From positions 444,708-508,707 of the forward strand of contig JALDTO010000266.1 in NCBI GenBank assembly GCA_023515725.1: a stretch of 64,000 nucleotides of DNA. Reading direction: 5' to 3'. The position numbers and the translations under genes are program-made. The notes beneath the pieces were generated by a model. The model saw only the letters and a program-made list of their open reading frames with translations. It ran no database searches and had not been told where the DNA came from. This DNA is from Amoeboaphelidium protococcarum X5. Lineage: Eukaryota; Fungi; Aphelidiomycota. Shown here piece by piece: positions 50,916 to 64,000 of the stretch; the stretch's first letter is position 1, and the number at the start of each line of letters is the position of its first letter.

Positions 50916-52100
50916 TCACGGAAGAGGCTCTTCGTTATCACTGAGTCTGGCCAAGTGAAGATACGCATCTGTCCCGTATCCTTCCATACTGATCAGGCGC
51001 AAATCTCCGCCAAAGTACCGCGCATACAATCGTGATAATGGCAGTCCATACCCGAATCCAGCCAGGGGAGCTTTGAAATCTGACTAGCTCGAGTTTGGAT
51101 CCATGGCAGGAGCTTTAGCTGTAGTGTACAAATAAGTCCATACCATATTCATTTCCGATCTGGGGATACCGCCACCTTCATCACTAATCTTCACCGTAAT
51201 ATCCTCTTTACCCTCAGCGACGATCAACTTGATTCTAGGATAAGCGTCACTATCCAGACCATGAGTTTCCACAACGGCACGCAATGAATTCTTCAATAGT
51301 TCAAATAGCATGTGATGTAAATGACTGGGCACATACATAAACTCTAAATCTTTTGGACAATACATCTTAATCTCTGGTGCCTTGAACAGACCATAATAAT
51401 CTTCACATATGAATCTAGAATTATCAATCGCATCCTGTGCAATCTCCGCAACATTTGTCTTGGTACAAATGACACCTACATAACCTGGTCTGTGTTGTCC
51501 CTTGTTCAGCGCAATATGTTATCCTATCAGCATACGGATTCCTATGCGAGACATGTAGAATCTATCTAGAAATGACTACACCGCAGAGTCCATTATAAGA
51601 GAGCGGTTGAAATTCTTCAATTCAAGAATACCAGTGGCCACAGACTATACCACCGGGTCATGTCGCCTCTTTATCCCCTCAATCACCTAGGTGAAGTTGC
51701 TATTAAATGTATCCACATTTGACGGTAGTTGCGGTTCATTATCATCTACTAGAATGTGATATCTCTTGCTCCCGTTCGAGCGGTACTTTGTCTTGACACC
51801 CTGAGGCAGTTCCATCTTGGGAAACTCGATCAGCTCCTAGAATGACTCTGCATACCAGTTCTTGACTTTAATTACACTCGGCATATCACTGAGACCATGC
51901 GGAAGATTCTCTAGTTCAACTACTCGATGCGCCAGCCTAATAGGAAGTTCATCTTGCAAGAACATGGCCGCCTTCAACAGCGTTCCCTGCGATGGATTCT
52001 GTCCAAACTCAACCATTTGTCTCAGCGATACTCCAGTCTGCGGAAACGATGCATAATGCTTGATCTACTTGGCTAATAGGTCTGAAATTTTGAACAGCAT
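50916..52100 (-). CDS. Mitochondrial pyruvate dehydrogenase kinase family protein (394 aa)
   Basis: [84 protein letters not shown]. Confidence 0.95.
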
Positions 52101-52462
52101 ATTCAAATTTACTGATAACTAATCAGCTGGAAGTTGGAGTATATTCGAATCCAATCAACTGTGGATCGGCTGATGAATGGGAGGAAAAAGAAGATTGAAG
52201 AAGAACGTTGTTCAAACACGCGGGATTGTTGAACTGCGAGCAGTCTTGGCCGGTTGGCTGGATGGATGCGTTGAGTATCCTGTTTCTCTGGCAATTATAA
52301 GGGGAAATACATTAATCTAGTGTAATAATAAATGATGCAAATTTTGTGCCTCATTGGAGTATTCTATGTGATAGTGTGGGAACAGTCATTTCGCGGAGGA
52401 CGGTGATGAGAAATTCCATCGAATACAATAATTGTTGTGGTACAGAAGTACGGCTGAAGCAA

Positions 52463-54374
<1,912 letters not shown>

Positions 54375-54696
54375 ATTATGATAAGATACCAATTAAATTG
54401 ATATCGCAGACTAAATAATTCTAAATTGATATACTTTTGAGAGAGGAATACGTATAATTTAAGTATCAGGCAGGTGCGAGTCACTACAATACGCCAGAAA
54501 TCAGAAAGAAAAAATGAAATCTATCTGAAGTGATGAAATCAGAAGGAAGAAATCGATAAAGCGCGCTCAACAGAGAGGGAAAGAAGCCGATTGTACGGAA
54601 GCCGGACAAGCATGAGTGAGTGTATTCAATAACGAGAATCTCTCATTCCCGTTCCGTTCGTTTCAGTCGCATGATAACGGCTCCAGTCAGCCCTCT

Positions 54697-54741
<45 letters not shown>
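54697..54741. repeat. (CT)n microsatellite in the PAP1/DLIC divergent promoter
   Basis: Imperfect CT dinucleotide run seen directly. Confidence 0.85.
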
Positions 54742-54939
54742 GTTTCTATACAATACTCTGCTTCTATCCTGTTTCTATTCTCGTTCTGTTAATTGTTTCA
54801 TTTCCCGTTAGTTTTAGTTAGTTTGCCTCAATTTCAGATCAAGTTTCTTCTATCCTTTTGACTCACTCCTTTTGGTCAATAAAAGGTGCAGATTGGACTG
54901 TCGCTTTCTCTCTCTCTGTATACAGATTATAAATCTTGA

Positions 54940-56175
54940 ATGGATTAATTTGTTGAACTGAGTGGTCTTGACCCCACACTTTATCAATTGCCTCATTTGT
55001 AAAGTGTATTTGTACTCAAGCAGTATTCTCAGTAGAAGTTGTAATAATAATAATCATAATAGTTCAAGTTTGTGGATGGTTTGGTCAAGTTTGCATTTGA
55101 TCTCAATTCTAGTAGTATCGAATAGTAGAATAATGGCGGTACTAATAATAACGTGTTCAGTGTAAGTAAGAGTCTGAACGCGTAGATTGTGGTTCATTAG
55201 GCTGCCTCATTTGTAAAGAGCATATAGCCTGATTTGATACTTGCCACTATTGACCGTTTTGATGAGCATGTTCTATTGAACACCGTTTAGTCTATTCAAG
55301 AGCTTGCTAATTGTATTGAGGTTAATGTTGTGGATCATAGTACGGATAATTAGTTTAATCAGTTCAAGTTTCCCTGTCACATTGTGATTGTGGTCAATAC
55401 GGCGGAGGTGAAGGAGTTTGAGGACGCGTATGGTTCAGATATGGTTGACTTTGTGCAATAAGCATTGCGAGTACTTGCTCTTTAGTTTGGCTGTACTCTG
55501 TTCTTCACCAATACTCTTAAGAGTGAAAAAGTGCGAGGATGTCTGCAGTACTTGCTGTAGAATGTTGATTTAGATGCACTACAATACTCTAAAGATAATC
55601 AAGTGGAACCAGAAGTTGTCGATAGAGACTCGCTATTCGTACCTGCAGGTTGGGATTCCATAGGGAAGATTCTAGTGCTTAATGAATAATTTGATTATGA
55701 AAAGTTTCTGGTTTAGAACGATAATGATGGTTTGGACTTTACAGAGGTCATATCTCACTGCCGAATTGGTCAGTCCGTGGACGCTACTTCTGTGTAAGCA
55801 TAAAGCTAAATACTGGATGATTATTAACGGTTTTTGCAGTAGCTTAGTAAGTAATATGGTATATCATCTGCTACAGCTCCATCACCTATACCTTTGGCTG
55901 GTGGTGGCTCAAAGTCTAAAAATTCAAGTCAGTAAGATTTACTGCAATCCTCCGCTGGTGGTGGTGGTGCAGCAGATTCCGCTAGCTCTACACAGAATCA
56001 AGTGTTGGCTAATTTCTTTTCCAGTCTGTTGAAGAAGGGTGGTGGCGCATAAAGTTCTGGCAGCACGTCCTTTTCCATTGGCTCAAGTTAAGCGGGCAAC
56101 TAAAAGTTGACGAGAGAGCAGGCTGAAGCTGAACTAAAAAAACTCAAAGCGAAATAGTCATCAAAATAAACTTGA
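54940..56175 (+). CDS. Cytoplasmic dynein light intermediate chain-like protein (411 aa)
   Basis: DFVQQALRVLALQFGCTLFFT, DRDSLFVPAGWDSIGKI, QVLANFFSSLL. The N-terminal G-domain is divergent. Confidence 0.85.
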
Positions 56176-56294
56176 TCTGCAGCCTTAGTAATCAAAATTA
56201 AATTGTCTTGCACTTATTACACTTATTAAGATTTTATCATTGAATTCTCTCGTAAACTTTAAAATTCAGGAGATAGTATAGCCTTACATCGGAA

Positions 56295-58670
56295 TCACTT
56301 TTGAGAGGAGCCAAACTTGCTCAGAATGTCCACCAATTGTTCACTACTCTCCACATGCCAGTCAGCCAGTGTCATCTTGGCTGCCGTTCCAATGGTACAA
56401 GTGATTATGTTACATGCCGGACCGTCTTGAACTTGAGCGCCCACTGTCAATTCTTTGTTTTCAAGCGCAGCCGCTGGTGTCTAGCACTTTCTCAACTATC
56501 TAAACATATCTTCATCAGTCTTGTCGTCACCGGCACAGAACACAAAGTCTGCTCCAGCGTGCAACTGCATCAACTTATTCACAATCTCTCCCTTGTTAAT
56601 AGCTTGTGGACGTATCTCTAGATTCTTCTTACCAACCAGCACCTCAACTGGGAGTTTTGAAATGATCGCATTCTCCAAATGATTATGACACTCTTTTGCC
56701 TACCATGAACCATAGCTTGGATCAGCCAAACGATAGTGCCAAGTTAGAGAACTTCTCTTCTCCTCAATAAAGGACCCCGGTGTACGCTCAGTGTAATACT
56801 CAAATATTGGCAATACATCATCCTTCCACGACAGATCAATCTCCTCCGATAGATTAATCCACTTATCAGAGCCTACATACTTGATAAAACATCCATGCTC
56901 TGCAGACATGCCCAAATTCTTCACCGATCCCAGCCATCCGTCCAATGCCACTTGATCTCTACCAGATACAACGTATACAATAGTATTATCGTCACTCGTC
57001 AGTTTTGCCAGAGATTCAACAGTCAAATCGGAAGGAATCGCAGCATTCGGAGTCTTTCTGATTGGAGTAAGAGTTCCATCATAGTCTAGGAAGAATATTC
57101 TCTTCTTGGATTTTGTATACATGTCAACGCATTACTGAATATCCAAGACCGGCGTAGGATTCTATTGCTCTGGCTACAACGCAGTCAACACCATTTAGTC
57201 AACAAATGACTTGGCCCAGTTCTGTGCATTATTTCTCTTCACATATTCGTACAACTGTCTGTGCTTATCCTCTTTGTCTTTAGCAGACATTGACAGGGCG
57301 TTATTAATAGACTTTGCAACTCCGACATAATCCCAAGGATTAACAAGTATAGCATCCTGCAACGATCCAGCTGTGCCCGTAAATTCACTCAGAATCAAAG
57401 GACCATGATTCTCTTGCTAGCATACAATATACTCATGGCTACTGGTATTCATTCCATCACGGACACTTGTGATCAGTGCAACATCAGCTATGCTAAGCAG
57501 GGCATAGTACTCGTCTCTTTCAATAACTTGATGGTAATGATGTACAGGCACGAATCCCAAGGAGCCATAACTACCATTAATCCTGGAGACCAACTCCGAT
57601 ATCTACGTCTCTAGCTTCGGAGAGGAAGATTCTGTAGGAGACGTGACTTGAATCAATACAACTTGATCCTGCCACTCTGGGTACTAATCAAGAAACTTTT
57701 CGAATGCATTCAACTTGTGCTAAACTCCCTTGATCTAGTCCAACTTATCCCGGCCAATGATAATCTTCTTGCCAGCATACATTTCTCTGATAGACGCAAT
57801 CTTTGCCAGAACACTCGGCTTATGACGGTTCTTCTCCGCTTCATCAACGTCAATACCAATGGGAAACACCTGAATAGAGACAAATCTACCATCATCTTCC
57901 ACACCCTTAGAATTGCTTTCACACCCAAGGATACGAGTGCAGGCAGAAATGAAGTGTCTCGCGTAAGAATAAGTCTGGAAACCAATCATATTACTGCCCA
58001 ACATACCTTTGAGCACATCCTTACGCTGAGGCAGACACCTGAAGATCTCGCTTGAAGGGAACGGAGTATGGAGGAAGAATCCAATAACAGCATCGGGTAT
58101 CAGCTCACGCAGCATCTGAGGCAGTAACAGGAAATGATAGTCGTGTATCCATATATGGTCTCCCGGTTGGTACTCTTGGGCAATTTCCTTGGCAAACTGC
58201 TGATTAACCTTAATATAGTCAGCCCACCATTACTTCTCCTTCGTTCCATCGGAAGGTTGCCACATAATGTAATGAAACAGAGGCCAGAGGTTAGTTTTAC
58301 AGAAGCCTTCATAATGTCCGTTCGACTACTATACATCAATATGGATGGGGCGAACATTGAACTTTTTCTGCAGCGCTTAATGTACAGCCTTGTCATTAGA
58401 CTCGATCGATCCAATGATCACTGCATTATCCAGAGACTAAATGCCCGCGAACAGAGCACCAAAATCACGCCTGACTCCAAACTTGAACTCTGCATCCATC
58501 AACTTATGGCTATTAGCTTAAACATGATTAGCAGTATTACCATCCATAGAACCATTAGTTGCATCTTACTCTCCATTCAATTACTCAGACCGGACACAAG
58601 TGTATGGTAAGAAGTGTGTTACAATCAACACTCGACCACCAGTATTTCCACTTCCATTTTCAACTTTCAT
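56295..58670 (-). CDS. TPS2: Trehalose-6-phosphate phosphatase/synthase, Tps2-like (791 aa)
   Basis: LWPLFHY, WIHDYHFL, GFFLHTPFPSSEIFRCLP, RDGMN, LILSEFTG, HAD motif FFLDYDGTL, GDDKTDEDMF. Confidence 0.95.
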
Positions 58671-58810
58671 CTTAAGAGAAGTATATTTACTAAATACAGC
58701 AATAGACACAAACTTGGATTAGATAAAATTAATAGTAACTGTATAAATTATCTCTTTACAAAGAGCACAGTAGTACAGATGCAATGAGGAGAAACGCGAT
58801 AAGAAGAAAT

Positions 58811-58836
58811 GAACGAACGAACGAACGAACGAACGA
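58811..58836. repeat. (GAAC)n microsatellite upstream of TPS2
   Basis: About six tandem GAAC units. Confidence 0.85.
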
Positions 58837-59218
58837 ATCGATGGGGAGCGATGAATGAATGATTGATAGATTGATGAATTAGGGATGAATGCATGTTGAA
58901 CGAACGAATAGATTGATTGATGAAGATGATGACAACATCGCATCCTCTATAAATTAGATGGGAAGATCTTTGCACCAAATAATGACACGAAAAAATGCTG
59001 TTAAATTGATTAATAATTGTGTAGACGAGTAAACTCACTTAATGTCCTCGTCATACCTTGTACTTTTTGGATGCAATAGAGTTTCAACAATTTTTGAAAA
59101 TCGTAGATACCTTATATTACCCGTGATGTGAAACTTCTGCTTACATTGTACGATATAATTGAAACTATTTTCGGTATGTATATAAAGTCTGAAAATGTAA
59201 AACAACAAGTTTGTAAGT

Positions 59219-60463
59219 ATGACCCAAACTGACCCAAACTAACGGCTTTTTACTGCAACAATGGTGCGGAGTCTTTCACTTGGTCTTTTGGTCTTATGGT
59301 GCTGTATTCAGCGTAATCGTCAAGATAGCTCCTATAAGTGGGTGGTTTCCTGTATTGTTGAAATGTATTATAAAGGTAGTAAAATGGTGACGCGTTTTGA
59401 TGTAGAGCTACAATGATAGCAATTCATTCGCTCCGAGCTTTCAATACCTTAGAGACTTCAGATTTACCAGGGGTCAGTGAGTTGGATTGATTGGGTCCGC
59501 TTTGCCACTTTTAATTACTTAAAAATGAAATATTCCGGGTTATTACAATTACTCTCTAGCGTAATGTCTATACAAAGCATTTTTGAGGATTTGTTCATTG
59601 TGATACGAGGTCTTTTGGCTTTGATATTTCTCTTTACGGTGTCGACGGCAGTCTACGGTATCAATGATCTTGTTGGATCAATTCTTGGATGGGTTGCTGC
59701 ACTGAAGAACAGGTAGAATGGTGGATTGACGAAATCGCAAATCTGGCGCAATTTGGCGGTGCTTACCTCTGGGTTGGCTCTTATTCTGAAATGTTCTCAA
59801 AGCATTTATCGACTCTAAATGCAGAAGGCCTTGAACAATGGGTTCTCAGACCAGTCGCTCTGGACACTGATCATTGTCTCCTGTATTGTGGCGTTAATTC
59901 TAACGTTCACTGTATAGCAGTCTTACCCAGAGAAGTACATTAAAAGTGGTGACCTCTCTAAGTTGAGCACTTTTAAGAATGGGGCGCGATTTGCTTTATA
60001 CTCCATCACATCAGGTATATTTCTGTGTACGCTGTTTGTAATGTCATTTGCTAAATACGACGATGTACTCGTCTTGAGCAATCTGCAATCCATCTATGAC
60101 GGTGACGATCAGTCCCAGATTACGTAGATACCAAGAATTCTTTTGCTGGCTATGGTTGCATTCTGCCCATGTATATTTCAGTATGCCATGTTTAGTTTGC
60201 AAGAGAGTTATAGTATTATATCATTTATAAGCATCCCGCTGACGCGTTATGCATTGGTCATCATTGTTTGGCTCATTGAACTCCTTGGATACAGTTATAT
60301 GATTGATTAGTTGGTAGTATACGCGTATCTTGGTCCTCTAGGACTGCCTTTATTGATTTCAATGGTAATGTTCTAGATCAAGGCGCTGTTGTTTGAAAAC
60401 TTCTACGGCACAGTCGTTAAAATAAGCTTGCCTTAACATGTTCCTTTGTCTGTAAAGGCGTGA
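59219..60463 (+). CDS. Hypothetical multi-pass membrane protein; 5' exon structure uncertain
   Basis: Frame 59477..60463 is open with TAR=Gln and has many hydrophobic helices. Upstream exons are unresolved. Confidence 0.55.
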
Positions 60464-60671
60464 ATTCATTCTAGTTTAAAAGCACTTGGTAAAATGTAGT
60501 TTTGGGAACTATTTATGAAATAATGAGAATAAATTAATAATTATGAGTAAGGATTATATCATTCTTCTATCATCTTTATATTTAGCCACTGAGTCAAAAC
60601 TTACTGATTTCGCCCTCCAAAAGCTGTATGATATCATCAATAAAAAATGACAGCTTCTATGAAGCCATTCA

Positions 60672-62354
60672 TCATCTAAACTATCTGATCCAACGATTCA
60701 GTCGACTGTAAAAGACATAAATCCAGCCTTAATTTCCATCAGCATTATTATCTTGAATCGAGATGAACTTGGAACGAACTATAGAACCCGCAAAGTCAGC
60801 TGCCACCATTTCAGGATCACCTTTAAGCAGATAGCGCAACTGATCACCAGGATTAAGCCCATGCCACGTAAATGATACCATTTCCAAGTGGGAGAAAGCC
60901 TTCTTTTCTTCAAGCATTCGTATAGAAGATGACCAGTCAACGTGAAGTAACCAATCGAATTAGGACCATGCTTGAATTACAATTTATAGCCGCGTAACTG
61001 GTAATTTTCCAATGTGATACAGAAATCCTTTAATCTCCCCTGTACTTAACTTATCCGGATTTACAATTACCGCGTAATCTTGCAACAAAAGTTGACTTTG
61101 TAGTCTACCAACAGCACTAGAGATAATATTAGAGAGTTCCGTCACCGAATCTAAAGGTCTTGCATGTTACGTAACGTCAAAATTCATGTAACCATATAAC
61201 TGTAAATTTCTTCTATACAAACCTAATATACGAGCGCCATGAATTTACCAACTATAAGATCCCTCTAAGATCTAAACATTCATCATTGGATCAACAGTGG
61301 AGATAGCGTTCCAGAAAGCTCCACTATAATCTAAATTGCCATATACACCTTCACTTATGCTAAATCTGTAAACCACATCCCGTCGATTCTTGGTGAACTA
61401 CTGCAAAGAGCTCAGTAACAAGGAGAGAGATTATTGCAATTACACCGGAGATAGAAGAAACGCATCCACAACGATACTATGAACAGTAACATCAATCTTA
61501 TCCAGCTCGCCAGGATTAAAACTGGCGCCGCGAGAGTCAAAGATTACCCTGCCTGCAGTATTAATTTGATTCAGATTTTGACCACCTAATGAAACCAAGA
61601 GCAAGATGGAGTAGCGCAATATTAAGTTGCTTTCCCCTTTGACAGATTCATCTTAAGATTAAGTGGCTAATATTCTATCACGTAAGTACTACAGGTTGCA
61701 CTGACGCACTGTTTAACGCAAAAAGATCCTGGGTATTCCATCTTCAGCAGTGGCAATTTCAGCCTTTTCATACGCTTTTATTGCTAGCGTCACTCGAAAC
61801 GGTAATGCACTCAATTAAGACAATTAATCACTATGCTACGACATCTAATGCATTTAAGAGCATGATAGAACAATATTCAAGCTGAAATCTTTAATAGCAG
61901 AGACTTCAGTAATTAGTGACAAGACCTTGTCCAACTTTGAGAGTAGCTCAGATGATAAAATATCAACACCATCGTTCTGATTGTCAAAGTCGACCGTCAT
62001 TCGGTTTTGTAAAATCAAATCTCTTGCCAGCAGACTTGCTTTATTGAAATCGTCATACAAGACCAACGAAGACCTAAATATCCGGTACATCAGGCTAAAG
62101 AATCTTTACTGCGAGCACCAACTCGACTACTGGGGCATGAAATTTCGCAACTTGATGGATACCAATTTCAGAGGCATTCCACGTTCACAATACAATTTCA
62201 CGCGGTTAAAGTACACCTGAGGATCTTCTGTAGATAACCATTCAGGTTTATTATCATCAAACCAAAAGTGGTGAATATTTTCAAGAGCTGGCAAAGGAAG
62301 ATTAGTGATATCCAAAACATCATTATCGCTCTCAGTGCATAATACCTATACCAT
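60672..62354 (-). CDS. Hypothetical protein with F-box-like N-terminal motif (560 aa)
   Basis: Track ORFs 62127..62315, 61854..62090 and 60729..60917 share one frame. LDITNLPLPALENIHHF resembles an F-box start. Confidence 0.65.
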
Positions 62355-62565
62355 GAGTAAGACGCATAAGGATAACACGCGTAACCAGACGTGTTAATTA
62401 GCCATTTTACATCAATACTAAGCAACAAAATTCAAATTACAAGGTACAGGTAGAAGAGGAAGCTCTTATCAGTGAAAATCCGTATTAGAACAACCCCTGT
62501 TTGATTCTTCATTAGCCAATCAAAGATCGATACTGCATAACGAAATAGATTACCTGATCCAAAGC

Positions 62566-63411
62566 ATGATGATTGAAATTCCGGATATGAAAGTATTCGA
62601 GAACAGATGGGTGGAAATCTAGATTCTGTATTCCTGCTTATACACATTTGGCATTCTGAACGTGGTTGCGAGTGTATTGGGAATGTCTGTCACTTCGATG
62701 CAGATGCGAATGCCTATTTCCATCACTATTGCATGCTCCTGTTTAGCCATCTCTCTTCCATATAGCCTCTATACATTCTATCAACTCTATGTGCGATGCA
62801 GCTAATATATCGGTTATTACTCGGTGCCATTAATAATCGTATCTGTTCTGTTGGGCGTCGCTCTAGGAATTTATCTGTTCAAATCAGTCGGCCGCGTTAC
62901 TACAAAATGCGTTGGTGATTCTTAATCAAGGTATTGGATTTGCTTCTACGCGTCCACGTTCGTGTTTTTAATGAGCTGGTACAATGGACTTTAAAATGAC
63001 GATGGACTACTACACCTCTCGGGCGGTATTAGTCCTATCAGTGATTCGTAAAGTGGCAGCTTATTTAAAGGCCATGAATACTTTACAGCTGGCTATTTCC
63101 TACTTACATTCTCTCATGTGTTTATTGACTTTGTCTATTGGTTCTAATGCGTTGATATCGCCTCTAGATGGTATCAGTTTTTATTTGTTGTGTTGAGATA
63201 TGCTGTGCTGTTTCCACTCCTAGATCTGAGTGTTCCATCGACTGATCTATACAGCGTGGCTTTGCTGTTTGTAAGCACAGTTGGTGTTGTTGGAATGACT
63301 CTGTACAATATGTTCTTCATCATGGATCTGTGGGAGGGATTGCGTATGAGACCATAACCGATTGATGCTCTTCCATTAACAAAGTACTCCAAGATGACTA
63401 TCACTGTTTGA
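62566..63411 (+). CDS. Hypothetical multi-pass membrane protein (281 aa)
   Basis: ATG-to-TGA frame with TAR=Gln and roughly seven hydrophobic segments. Confidence 0.65.
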
Positions 63412-64000
63412 TTGAATAGTGCTGGATTAATTGTATCATTAATTGTTATCTTTTTTTTTTCTTAACGTGCTCTTACACACTGTAATTACAGTTCGTTTCA
63501 GTAAAATGTCCGATCACGGAAAAGTGTTTTGGGCACAAAAAATAATGACGAAGTTTTAAGCACGATACTTCCCTACAACAGATAGTATTAGAACTCGTAA
63601 TGCGAAGCATACGTGTAATTTGAACAATTATAAGTAACTTATGTGACGTCTGTTTAGATAATGCCGCAAAGTTCTCTATTTCATTCTCCAGTGATGGAAA
63701 GTGCCAATTTCTAATCCATCGATTTTAGATTTAAGTAATCAAGTGATGGATTATAGTAATAAGAATACTTTTCCTATATATTATGTAGTTTTTGACTTTA
63801 GAAATTTTCAAACAGTGCCAAGTAATGAAATTCAATTTCATCGTTACTAAAAGCGGCTCTTACAGCGGCTAGCAAACTCCAATTACTGACTTGTTGAAAA
63901 GGCCTATAAAAGCGCCAGACAGTTCACTATTTCTTCTTCCTCTTTCTTATCTAACTTCTCATAGATAAGAAGATATGGCAAAGAAAGTAACACGTAAATG

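Noticed and set aside
63975-64000. Possible gene start at the window edge (ATG GCA AAG AAA...)
   Set aside because: Too short to support a call.

Overview
Compact eukaryotic nuclear DNA that uses a non-standard genetic code: TAA and TAG read as Gln, and TGA is the only stop. The supplied standard-code ORF track therefore shows only fragments. With TAR=Gln about 30 mostly intact genes appear, including Bud6, proteasome alpha-7, PDI, MIOX, Tup1, FANCJ-like helicase, Chibby, makorin, SMC4, TTL, Spc24, a Sec7 protein, Yip4, Cdc27, SmD1, PDK, poly(A) polymerase, DLIC and TPS2. Introns are short and usually end in TGTAG. Fungal-type genes together with a basal-body gene and this code point to an aphelid such as Amoeboaphelidium (inference). 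Highlights: (1) a hidden Fanzor2 (IS607-TnpB-like RNA-guided nuclease) at about 15.0-17.3 kb, with all three RuvC acidic residues, a K9 tract, no zinc-finger cysteines and a structured 3' non-coding region (candidate omegaRNA); (2) a 10 x 176-bp tandem array at 5.4-7.2 kb that folds preferentially on the minus strand and shares collinear motifs with that Fanzor 3' region, making it a candidate stand-alone omegaRNA-like array; (3) a 1.36-kb inverted duplication (WW protein plus mitochondrial IF3) bracketing about 34 kb; (4) a frameshift near the start of poly(A) polymerase, and several probable pseudoenzymes. All translations and alignments were done by eye, so coordinates and family calls need computational confirmation.
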